In this document: positions 10,239-18,106 of the stretch, piece by piece
How the letters are laid out: every line of letters begins with the position of its first letter
Position numbering within the stretch: the first letter of the stretch is position 1
NCBI GenBank assembly: GCA_024403115.1
Contig: JAKSSL010000003.1
Location: 8,031-72,030, forward strand
Origin: Clostridia bacterium
GTDB taxonomy: Bacteria; Bacillota; Clostridia; Peptostreptococcales; Anaerovoracaceae
Reading direction: 5' to 3'
DNA: 64,000 nt
The notes under the pieces: model-generated
The model's database searches: none
What the model saw: only the letters and a program-made list of their open reading frames with translations
Told to the model about the DNA's origin: nothing
Translations under genes and position numbers: made by a program

Positions 10239-11019
10239 ACAAGTTAAAGACAAGACTGGCGTAACTTATAAGGAAGCCAAGGAAGCGTTAGACGCAAACA
10301 ACGGAAGCGTTATTGATGCTATAATCGCTTTGGAAGAAGTAAACGAAAAAGAAGAAACAGGTAAAGCTGGCGAACTTGCAAACGATTTATATGCAAAGGT
10401 AAAAGAAATTGTTAAAAAGGGTAATGTTTCAAGAATCGTTGTTAAAAAGGGTGAAAACACTTTGTTGAATCTACCTTTAAATGTTGGAATCGTTGGCGGA
10501 ATCCTAGTTGGTCCAACAGCTTTAATCGTAGGCGTAGTTGCAGCATACGGTTTCAACTGCGAAATCACTTTCTACAATACTGACGGCAGCAGCATTAACC
10601 TAAGCGAAAAAGCTGGCAAGTATGTTGAGAAAGCAAAGGAAAAGGGAGAAGACATTTACGACACAGTAATGGATCAAGCTCCTGACAAATTCTATGATCT
10701 AAAAGATAAGGGTACTGACCTTTACTATGATTTAAAGGACAAGGGCTTAGACGTTTTTGAAGATGTTAAAGATAAGGGTTTAGATGTCTTTGAACAAGTT
10801 AAGGAAAAAGCTCCTGACTATGTTGATTTGGCAAAGGGTTATGCTGAAACAGCTAAGGACTATGCTAGCAATTTAGCAGAGGATGCAATGGAGAAGGCTG
10901 AAGACATTGCTGAAGTAGCAAAGGAAAAAGGCGAAGAAATCTTCAAAACAGTAAAAACTAAGAAGAGCGATGATATTTTAGACAGCTTTGTTGAAAAGCA
11001 AAACGAAGAAGACAATTAA
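10213..11019 (+). CDS. DUF4342-like protein with an EF-Ts/UBA-like N-terminal domain and an acidic 11-mer repeat tail
   Basis: N-terminus [42 protein letters not shown] resembles the EF-Ts N-terminal UBA fold. Hydrophobic segment [31 protein letters not shown] at about 10199 favours ATG 10213 over the track start 10183. Confidence 0.65.
   Translation: MEITLEMIEQVKDKTGVTYKEAKEALDANNGSVIDAIIALEEVNEKEETGKAGELANDLYAKVKEIVKKGNVSRIVVKKGENTLLNLPLNVGIVGGILVGPTALIVGVVAAYGFNCEITFYNTDGSSINLSEKAGKYVEKAKEKGEDIYDTVMDQAPDKFYDLKDKGTDLYYDLKDKGLDVFEDVKDKGLDVFEQVKEKAPDYVDLAKGYAETAKDYASNLAEDAMEKAEDIAEVAKEKGEEIFKTVKTKKSDDILDSFVEKQNEEDN
10690..10821 (+). repeat. Four tandem 33-nt (11-residue) in-frame repeats inside the DUF4342-like gene
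   Basis: [11 protein letters not shown] / [11 protein letters not shown] / [11 protein letters not shown] / [11 protein letters not shown], read directly from the translation and the DNA. Confidence 0.8.
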
Positions 11020-11038
11020 TAGAAAGGCGATAGTATTA

Positions 11039-12448
11039 ATGGAAAAATTATCAATGGACACTTTGGTAGCTTTATGTAAGAACAGGGGCTTTGTATATCC
11101 TGGCTCAGAAATCTACGGAGGTCTTGCAAACACATGGGATTTCGGTCCTTTGGGAGTGGAATTCAAAAACAATATTAAGAAGGCTTGGTGGAAGAAATTC
11201 GTTCAAGAATCCAAGTACAATGTAGGCCTTGATGCAGCAATATTGATGAACCCTAGAACATGGGAAGCTTCAGGTCACTTGGGCAACTTCGCAGACCCTC
11301 TAATTGACTGCAAGGCTTGTAAATCAAGATTTAGAGCTGACAAGTTGATCGATGATTATCATGCTGAACAAGGCATTGAAGGCGTAATCGTTGACGGTTG
11401 GTCAAACAGCGAATTGGAAAACTACATAGCTGAAAAAGGAATCAAATGTCCTGAATGTGGAAAAGCTGATTTTACAGGAATTAGACAGTTTAACTTGATG
11501 TTCAAGACTTTCCAAGGAGTAACTGAGGATTCAAAAGCAGAAATCTATCTTAGACCAGAAACTGCTCAAGGCATCTTCGTAAACTTCAAGAATGTTCAAA
11601 GAACAACAAGAAAGAAGATTCCTTTTGGCATTGCTCAAATAGGAAAATCTTTCAGAAATGAAATTACTCCAGGTAACTTCATTTTCAGAGTTCGTGAATT
11701 TGAACAAATGGAATTGGAATTCTTCTGTGAACCAGGAACTGAATTAGAATGGTTCAAATATTGGAAGGACTATGCAAAGAATTTCTTGCTAGCTCTTAAC
11801 ATGAGAGAAGATCATTTCAGATTGAGAGATCACGAACAAAAGGAACTTTCCCACTACAGTAATGCTACTACTGATATTGAATATTTATTCCCATTTGGTT
11901 GGGGAGAACTATGGGGCGTTGCTTCAAGAACTAATTTCGACTTGAGCAAGCACCAAGAATTCTCAGGCCAAGACATGAGCTATAAATACAAAGATGAGGA
12001 AGTTGATCAAGATTTCATTCCATATGTAATCGAGCCATCACTAGGTGTTGAAAGACTTACTTTAGCTTTCCTTTCAGATGCGTACACATTTGAAGAATGG
12101 ACTAATGAAAGTGGAAAAGCTGACAGCAGAGTTGTAATGAAGTTCCATCCAGCTCTTGCGCCATTTAAGGCAGCAGTTCTTCCTCTTAACAAGAAGAAAC
12201 TGGGTGCTAAGGCTGAAGAAATCCATGCTGAACTTTCAAAGTACTTCATGGTTGATTATGATGAAACAGGCTCAATCGGAAAGAGATACAGAAGAGAAGA
12301 CGAAATTGGTACACCATTCTGCATCTGCGTTGACTTCGATACAGAGGTAGATAATTGCGTAACTATTCGTGATAGAGACACAATGGAACAAGTACGTATT
12401 CCAATTTCTGAAGTTAAAAACTACATTGAAGAAAGACTAGAATTTTAA
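11039..12448 (+). CDS. glyQS: Glycine--tRNA ligase (homodimeric class II GlyQS type)
   Basis: N-terminus [32 protein letters not shown] and the class II motifs. ATG 11039 is preferred, because the track start 10988 overlaps the upstream gene. Confidence 0.93.
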   Translation: MEKLSMDTLVALCKNRGFVYPGSEIYGGLANTWDFGPLGVEFKNNIKKAWWKKFVQESKYNVGLDAAILMNPRTWEASGHLGNFADPLIDCKACKSRFRADKLIDDYHAEQGIEGVIVDGWSNSELENYIAEKGIKCPECGKADFTGIRQFNLMFKTFQGVTEDSKAEIYLRPETAQGIFVNFKNVQRTTRKKIPFGIAQIGKSFRNEITPGNFIFRVREFEQMELEFFCEPGTELEWFKYWKDYAKNFLLALNMREDHFRLRDHEQKELSHYSNATTDIEYLFPFGWGELWGVASRTNFDLSKHQEFSGQDMSYKYKDEEVDQDFIPYVIEPSLGVERLTLAFLSDAYTFEEWTNESGKADSRVVMKFHPALAPFKAAVLPLNKKKLGAKAEEIHAELSKYFMVDYDETGSIGKRYRREDEIGTPFCICVDFDTEVDNCVTIRDRDTMEQVRIPISEVKNYIEERLEF

Positions 12449-12478
12449 AGGCCCTTATTAGAGGGAAAAGGTGAAAAT

Positions 12479-15103
12479 ATGGCGAAATATGTATATTCGT
12501 TTAATGAAGGCTCAAAGGACATGAGAGAGCTTTTGGGCGGAAAAGGTGCAAATCTGGCAGAGATGACTAAGATCGGCTTGCCAGTACCATTTGGCTTTAC
12601 AATTACAACAGAAGCTTGTAATAAATACTACGAAGAAGGACAGAAAATAGACGAAGCTTTAGTTGATGAAATCTACGAAAAGCTAGCTGAGTTGGAAGAA
12701 GTTATGGGCAAAAAGTTTGGAGATACAGAGGACCCACTACTTGTTTCAGTAAGATCAGGAGCGCCTATTTCCATGCCAGGAATGATGGATACAATTTTGA
12801 ATCTTGGTCTTAACGACGAAGCGGTTTTAGGTTTAGCAAAGCTAACAAATAATCCTAGATTCGCATACGATAGTTATCGCAGATTCATTCAAATGTATGG
12901 CGATGTTGTTCTGGAGATTCCTAAAACAAAATTTGATGAAATCTTTGATACTCAAAAGAAAAAGGCTAATGTAAGATTTGATTTTCTACTTTCACCAGAA
13001 GATTTACAAATCATCATAGCTGGATACAAAGAGCTTATTAAAAATGAGCTTGGCTTTGAGTTCCCACAAGATCCTAAGGAACAAATGATGGGTGCTGTTA
13101 TGGCCGTATTCAGATCATGGAACAATGAAAGAGCTATATTGTATAGAAAACTGAATGACATTCCAGGAGAGCTTGGAACAGCTGTAAATATTCAAGCCAT
13201 GGTATTTGGTAATATGGGAGAAACTTCTGGTACAGGAGTTGCTTTCTCAAGAAATCCTTCAAATGGTAAGAACAGATTGTTTGGAGAATTCCTTGTAAAT
13301 GCACAAGGCGAAGATGTTGTAGCCGGCATTAGAACTCCTGTAGAGATTGCAGAAATGGCCAATGTTTTTCCTGAACAATATGCACAATTTGAAAAAATCG
13401 CCAAGGTGTTGGAAGAACACTATCGCGACATGCAGGATATGGAGTTTACTGTTGAAAGAGGCAAGCTATTCATGCTTCAAACTAGAAACGCCAAGAGAAC
13501 TGCTTTGGCAGCTGTAAAAACAGCCGTTGATATGGTGGAGGAAGGCTTGATCACTAAGGAAGAGGCTGTAATGCGTCTTGAACCTGCTCAAGTTGAGAAT
13601 TTGCTTCACCCAATGTTCGATGAGGATAAGTTGAAAGAAGCTACATTGCTTGCAAAGGGACTTGCAGCATCTCCAGGAGCTGCTTGCGGTCAAATATATT
13701 TCAACGCTTCTGATGCTGAAAAAGCAGCAGCTGAAGGTCAAAAGGTTATACTAGTACGTCTAGAAACTTCACCAGAAGACTTGGCTGGAATGGTTGCCGC
13801 AGAAGGCATTTTGACAGCTCGTGGTGGAATGACAAGCCATGCTGCTGTAGTAGCTCGTGGTATGGGTAAACCTTGCGTTTCAGGCTGTTCAGAGCTAACA
13901 GTAAGAGAAGAAGGCAGAGAACTTATCATTAAGAACAGAATCTATAGAGAAGGTGATTTCCTTTCAATTGATGGTACTGAGGGTACAGTTTATGAAGGCA
14001 AAATCGCCACAGTTCAAGCTGGCATGAGTGGAAACTTTGGTACACTAATGACTTGGGCTGATGAGATTAGAAAGTTAGGCGTAAGAGCTAATGCTGACAA
14101 TCCTAGAGATGCAAAACAAGCTTTTGAATTTGGAGCTCAAGGAATTGGTCTTTGCAGAACTGAGCACATGTTCTTCGATGAGGAGAGAATCCCTCATTTC
14201 AGAAAGATGATTTTGGCAGATACTGAAGAAGAAAGAAGAGAAGCTTTAAAGGAAATTCTGCCATATCAAAAGGAAGACTTCGTTGGCATTTATCAAGTTA
14301 TGAAGGAATTGCCTGTTACTATCAGACTTTTGGATCCACCTCTACATGAGTTCATTCCAAACACTGATGAGGAACTTATGGCTTTATCAAGAGAAATCAA
14401 CATTCCTTTTGAAAAGCTTAAGAAGAAGGCTTTATCATTACATGAATTTAACCCTATGCTTGGACATCGTGGTTGCAGACTTGCCATCACTTATCCTGAA
14501 ATTGCTGAGATGCAAGCTGAAGCAATCATCACTGCAGCAATTGAGGTGAGCAAGTCAGAAGGCATTGAAATCGTGCCAGAAATCATGATTCCACTAGTTG
14601 GAAATGTTAAAGAACTACAATATGTTAAGGATGTTGTAGATGGAAAAGCTAAGGAATTAATAAAAGCTGCAGGCGTAAATATGAAGTACTTACTTGGTAC
14701 TATGATAGAAATCCCAAGAGCAGCTTTGACAGCTGATGAAATAGCAGAAGTTGCTGAGTTCTTCTCATTTGGAACTAACGACCTAACACAAATGGGTCTA
14801 GGTTTCTCCAGAGATGACACAGGCAAGATCATCAATGAGTACTTAGCAAAGGGCATTTTCGAAGAGGATCCATTCCAAAGCTTGGATCAAACAGGAATAG
14901 GAAAGCTTGTTGAAATAGCTGTAAAGCTTGGTAAGGAAAAGAGACCAGGAATTAAGCTTGGTATTTGTGGAGAACATGGTGGAGATCCAAAGACTATAGA
15001 CTTCTGTCATAGAACTGGATTGACTTATGTATCATGCTCACCATTTAGAGTTCCAATTGCAAGACTTGCGGCAGCACAAGCAGCTATCAAGGAAGGCAAG
15101 TAA
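12479..15103 (+). CDS. ppdK: Pyruvate, phosphate dikinase
   Basis: 874 aa. Phosphohistidine motif GGMTSHAAVVARG and a PEP-utilising C-terminal domain (GICGE). Confidence 0.95.
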   Translation: MAKYVYSFNEGSKDMRELLGGKGANLAEMTKIGLPVPFGFTITTEACNKYYEEGQKIDEALVDEIYEKLAELEEVMGKKFGDTEDPLLVSVRSGAPISMPGMMDTILNLGLNDEAVLGLAKLTNNPRFAYDSYRRFIQMYGDVVLEIPKTKFDEIFDTQKKKANVRFDFLLSPEDLQIIIAGYKELIKNELGFEFPQDPKEQMMGAVMAVFRSWNNERAILYRKLNDIPGELGTAVNIQAMVFGNMGETSGTGVAFSRNPSNGKNRLFGEFLVNAQGEDVVAGIRTPVEIAEMANVFPEQYAQFEKIAKVLEEHYRDMQDMEFTVERGKLFMLQTRNAKRTALAAVKTAVDMVEEGLITKEEAVMRLEPAQVENLLHPMFDEDKLKEATLLAKGLAASPGAACGQIYFNASDAEKAAAEGQKVILVRLETSPEDLAGMVAAEGILTARGGMTSHAAVVARGMGKPCVSGCSELTVREEGRELIIKNRIYREGDFLSIDGTEGTVYEGKIATVQAGMSGNFGTLMTWADEIRKLGVRANADNPRDAKQAFEFGAQGIGLCRTEHMFFDEERIPHFRKMILADTEEERREALKEILPYQKEDFVGIYQVMKELPVTIRLLDPPLHEFIPNTDEELMALSREINIPFEKLKKKALSLHEFNPMLGHRGCRLAITYPEIAEMQAEAIITAAIEVSKSEGIEIVPEIMIPLVGNVKELQYVKDVVDGKAKELIKAAGVNMKYLLGTMIEIPRAALTADEIAEVAEFFSFGTNDLTQMGLGFSRDDTGKIINEYLAKGIFEEDPFQSLDQTGIGKLVEIAVKLGKEKRPGIKLGICGEHGGDPKTIDFCHRTGLTYVSCSPFRVPIARLAAAQAAIKEGK

Positions 15104-15150
15104 GAGCCGAAAAGTCTTGAAAATTTAAGTATTCTGATTGCACAATGAAT

Positions 15151-15190
15151 CCCCCGTATTTGAAAAAAATACGGGGAATTTTTATTTTCT
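15151..15190 (+). terminator. Rho-independent terminator after ppdK
   Basis: CCCCGTATTT / AAATACGGGG hairpin followed by AATTTTTATTTT. Confidence 0.8.
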
Positions 15191-15191
15191 A

Positions 15192-15222
15192 TTGACTATT
15201 ACGTAAGGTAATAGTTTATAAT
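15192..15222 (+). promoter_or_regulatory. MerR-type promoter with a palindromic operator in a 19-bp spacer
   Basis: TTGACT (15192-15197) and TATAAT (15217-15222) are separated by 19 nt. The spacer holds the perfect inverted repeat CTATTAC-N5-GTAATAG (15196-15214). Confidence 0.7.
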
Positions 15223-15247
15223 AAAAAATGCAAGGAGGAATAGAGTT

Positions 15248-15973
15248 ATGATGACAGTAAAGGAAGTAAGCAAATTAACGGGAGTGAGTGTGCGCACGCT
15301 TCACTACTATGACGAAATAGGTCTACTGACCCCGGCTGTGACGACAGAAGCGGGATACAGGCTGTATGACGATACAAAGCTTGAACGCCTGCAACAGATT
15401 TTACTGTTCAAAGAACTTGAGTTTTCCTTAAAGGATATTAAAAAGATGATTGACAGTCCCGGATTCGACAGGAGAAAAGCTCTGTCGGAGCAAATTGAGC
15501 TTCTTACTCTGAAAAAGGAGCATTTTGAAAACTTAATATCCCATGCGCAACAAATTAGGTCGAAAGGAGAATATGGTATGGATTTCAAGGTGTTTGATAA
15601 GGTGAAAATTGAAACCTACAAGGCGGAAGCTAAAAGAAGATGGGGTGACACGGAAGCATACCGTGAATATGAAACGAAATCTGCAGACTATTCCGAAGAA
15701 AAGCAGCAAGTTCTGGCAAGGGGCATGATGGATATTTTCGTAGAATTCGGACAAAAGGCGGAGAAGTCACCGGCAGATCCAGAAGTTCAAAAAATAGTGA
15801 AGAAATTGCAGGATTTTATTACGGCAAATTACTATACTTGTACAAAACAAATTCTGTCAGGCTTGGGACAGATGTATGCTGCCGGTGGAGAAATGACGGA
15901 TAACATTGACACCGCCGGCGGAAAAGGAACTGCAGAATTTGCCGCGAGAGCTATTGCGGAATACTGCAAATAA
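15248..15973 (+). CDS. MerR-family transcriptional regulator with a TipAS-like C-terminal domain
   Basis: HTH MTVKEVSKLTGVSVRTLHYYDEIGLL, a coiled-coil linker, and a C-terminal ~110 aa resembling the TipAS/Mta antibiotic-recognition domain. Confidence 0.88.
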   Translation: MMTVKEVSKLTGVSVRTLHYYDEIGLLTPAVTTEAGYRLYDDTKLERLQQILLFKELEFSLKDIKKMIDSPGFDRRKALSEQIELLTLKKEHFENLISHAQQIRSKGEYGMDFKVFDKVKIETYKAEAKRRWGDTEAYREYETKSADYSEEKQQVLARGMMDIFVEFGQKAEKSPADPEVQKIVKKLQDFITANYYTCTKQILSGLGQMYAAGGEMTDNIDTAGGKGTAEFAARAIAEYCK

Positions 15974-16033
15974 TTCCTTCTTTTCTTCCACGCTTTACAG
16001 GCTGTAATTCGAAATAAATAGAACTTAATTATC

Positions 16034-16066
16034 AAAAGCTTGGCGTAATAGCCAAGCTTTTTTATT
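16034..16066 (+). terminator. Rho-independent terminator after the MerR gene
   Basis: AAAAGCTTGGC-GTAATA-GCCAAGCTTTT hairpin followed by a T-run. Confidence 0.8.
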
Positions 16067-16108
16067 GCAATATGGTGGGTGGGTAAAAATTCCAATAAAA
16101 AAATAGAA

Positions 16109-16138
16109 AAAAGTGGAGAAAAGTGGGGAAAAGTGGTT
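16109..16138 (+). promoter_or_regulatory. Three direct 10-bp-phased AAAAGTGG boxes (putative MraZ operator)
   Basis: AAAAGTGGAG AAAAGTGGGG AAAAGTGGTT, exactly 10 bp apart, abutting and overlapping the -35 of the dcw promoter. A further GTGGGTGGG lies at 16075-16083. Confidence 0.65.
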
Positions 16139-16165
16139 GAAAAAGGGAGATGAAAGAAGTATAAT
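16137..16165 (+). promoter_or_regulatory. SigA-type promoter of the mraZ/dcw operon
   Basis: TTGAAA (16137-16142), 17-nt spacer, TATAAT (16160-16165), about 55 nt upstream of mraZ. Confidence 0.65.
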
Positions 16166-16219
16166 ATAGGTACTATATTGGGATAGTGTAAAAAACTATC
16201 TATTTCTAGGAGAGATGCT

Positions 16220-16651
16220 ATGTTTATGGGCACATATTACAATTCAATAGACGAGAAAAATCGTATGATCGTGCCTTCAAAGCATAGAGATCAGCTGGGA
16301 GGTAAATGCATACTTGCAAAGGGCATAGACCAATGCTTGAACATTTACACTATGGAAGATTGGCAAAAGCAAGTGGAAAAGCTAATGACTTTGCCACAAT
16401 CCAACAGCAAGGTTCGTAGATATATTAGAGACTTTGCCGGTAACGCAGTAGAGTGTTCCTTTGATAAGCAGGGTCGTATTAATATACCTAATGAGCTTAA
16501 AGCTTATGCAGGCATTGATAAGGATCTAGTAACTATTGGTGCTATTACCAAGGTTGAAATCTGGAGCAAGGAAGTTTGGGAAGCTCCTAACAATGTTGGA
16601 CCTATGAGCACTGAAGAACTAGAAAATGCTTTGGCAGAATATGGATTCTAG
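16220..16651 (+). CDS. mraZ: Transcriptional regulator MraZ
   Basis: 143 aa. Duplicated SpoVT/AbrB-like halves with the DxxxR signature in each half (..[10 protein letters not shown].. and ..[10 protein letters not shown]..). First gene of the dcw cluster. Confidence 0.93.
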   Translation: MFMGTYYNSIDEKNRMIVPSKHRDQLGGKCILAKGIDQCLNIYTMEDWQKQVEKLMTLPQSNSKVRRYIRDFAGNAVECSFDKQGRINIPNELKAYAGIDKDLVTIGAITKVEIWSKEVWEAPNNVGPMSTEELENALAEYGF

Positions 16652-16659
16652 GTTTCGAT

Positions 16660-17595
16660 ATGGAATTTAAACATACATCAGTACTCTTTGATGAAGTGAT
16701 TGATAATTTACAAATTAAAGCTGACGGCATCTATGTTGATGGAACTTTAGGTGGCGGAGGCCATGCTAGCGGAGTTTGCGAAAAGCTTGGCAAGGACGGA
16801 ATGCTAATAGGCATAGACCGAGACAAGGATGCTTTAAAAGCCGCAAGCCAACGCTTGGAAAACTATCCTTGCAAGAAGGAATATGTTCAAAGCAATTACT
16901 CAAACATTAAAGAAGTACTAAGAGATTTAGACATAAATGGAATTGATGGAGCAACATTGGATTTGGGAGTTTCATCATTCCAATTAGATAACGAGGAACG
17001 CGGATTCTCATACATGAAGGACACTAAGCTGGATATGAGAATGAATCAGGATGACAGCTTTACCGCTTGGGACGTGGTAAACAGCTATGATGAAAAACGT
17101 CTCTTCGAAATTATTAGGGATTATGGAGAAGAAAAATGGGCTAGCAGAATAGCTAAGTTCATTTGCAACTATCGCAAGGAAAAGTCAATTGACAGCACTG
17201 GGGAGCTGGTTGAGATAATCAAATCAGCAATTCCTGCTTCAGCCAGAAGAGATGGACCTCATCCTGCCAAGAGAACATTTCAGGCGATACGCATCGAAGT
17301 AAACGATGAATTGGCACAGTTAAAAAAGGCCGTCGGGGAGTTTTGCGATTGTTTGAACCCAGGTGGTCGTTTATGTATAATAACCTTTCATTCTTTGGAG
17401 GACAGGATAGTAAAGCAAGAATTCGCCAAATTAGCGAATCCTTGCACTTGCCCGCCAGAATTCCCAATTTGCGTATGTGGCAAAAAGCCAAGCATAAAGA
17501 AGACACAAGGAAAGGCTATATGCCCTAGCAAAGAGGAACTTGAGGTAAATCCAAGATCGCGAAGTGCTAAATTGAGAGTCATTGAAAAATTATAA
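16660..17595 (+). CDS. rsmH: 16S rRNA (cytosine1402-N4)-methyltransferase RsmH
   Basis: H.SVL..E......DG.YVD.T.G.GGH, DLGVSS.Q.D, and the conserved position after mraZ. Confidence 0.95.
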   Translation: MEFKHTSVLFDEVIDNLQIKADGIYVDGTLGGGGHASGVCEKLGKDGMLIGIDRDKDALKAASQRLENYPCKKEYVQSNYSNIKEVLRDLDINGIDGATLDLGVSSFQLDNEERGFSYMKDTKLDMRMNQDDSFTAWDVVNSYDEKRLFEIIRDYGEEKWASRIAKFICNYRKEKSIDSTGELVEIIKSAIPASARRDGPHPAKRTFQAIRIEVNDELAQLKKAVGEFCDCLNPGGRLCIITFHSLEDRIVKQEFAKLANPCTCPPEFPICVCGKKPSIKKTQGKAICPSKEELEVNPRSRSAKLRVIEKL

Positions 17596-17642
17596 ATACA
17601 AAAAGGGGCATTCGGATTAAGAAGCTTATTTAGGAGTAGATA

Positions 17643-18077
17643 ATGGCAAGCGCTGAAATGCAAGCTAGACTTGCACAAATTGACAACAACAGAATAAAGC
17701 GCGAACAGTCAATAAAGGAAAGACAGGAGCACAGCAAGCAATACAGAGAAAAAGTAATTGCAAGAGATAAAAAGCTAGTGCTTGGAGCTGTTGTATTAGC
17801 CTTTATAGTTTTACTGTTGGTAATAGCAACTTCGGTATTATCTGCACAAATCAAATATGAGAATAATGAAATCATTGCCGCTAATGAAGAACTTCAAAAG
17901 GACATTGACAATCTGAAAATAAAAATCGACAAGTCAAAGAATCTGAAGACTATAGAAGAATACGCCAAGAAGAATTTGGATATGGATTATGCTGAATCCA
18001 GCCAATATGTCTATATGGAAAAGGATAAGGCACCAGACAACTTGGCGCAAATCATTCAAGAAGAAGCATACAATTAG
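17643..18077 (+). CDS. ftsL: Cell division protein FtsL-like (single-pass, coiled coil)
   Basis: Basic N-terminus, one TM helix (LVLGAVVLAFIVLLLVIATSVLSA) and an extracytoplasmic coiled coil. Positioned between rsmH and the PBP. Confidence 0.7.
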   Translation: MASAEMQARLAQIDNNRIKREQSIKERQEHSKQYREKVIARDKKLVLGAVVLAFIVLLLVIATSVLSAQIKYENNEIIAANEELQKDIDNLKIKIDKSKNLKTIEEYAKKNLDMDYAESSQYVYMEKDKAPDNLAQIIQEEAYN

Positions 18078-18100
18078 AGACAGCCTGCTGTCTCTTTTTT
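18076..18100 (+). terminator. Intrinsic terminator/attenuator hairpin between ftsL and the PBP gene
   Basis: AGAGACAG-CCTG-CTGTCTCT (8-bp stem, 4-nt loop) followed by TTTTTT. Confidence 0.65.
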
Positions 18101-18106
18101 GGACTT

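Noticed and set aside
11020-11038. Expected T-box leaders upstream of glyQS, pheS (28865-28881) and argS (overlapping the DUF523 gene).
   Set aside because: The intergenic spaces are 19 nt, 17 nt and negative. A ~200-nt T-box cannot fit, so these aaRS genes are embedded in longer operons here.
16100-16140. Short A-rich tandem repeats, considered as a possible mini-CRISPR array or satellite.
   Set aside because: There are only three 10-bp units with no spacers, and they sit directly at the dcw promoter. They are better explained as MraZ operator boxes and are reported as such.
15832-16233. A 133-aa minus-strand ORF spanning the MerR 3' end and the mraZ promoter region.
   Set aside because: It crosses a terminator hairpin and the promoter/operator region. 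The peptide is low-complexity and Phe/Leu/Ile-rich. It is an artefact of AT-rich intergenic DNA.
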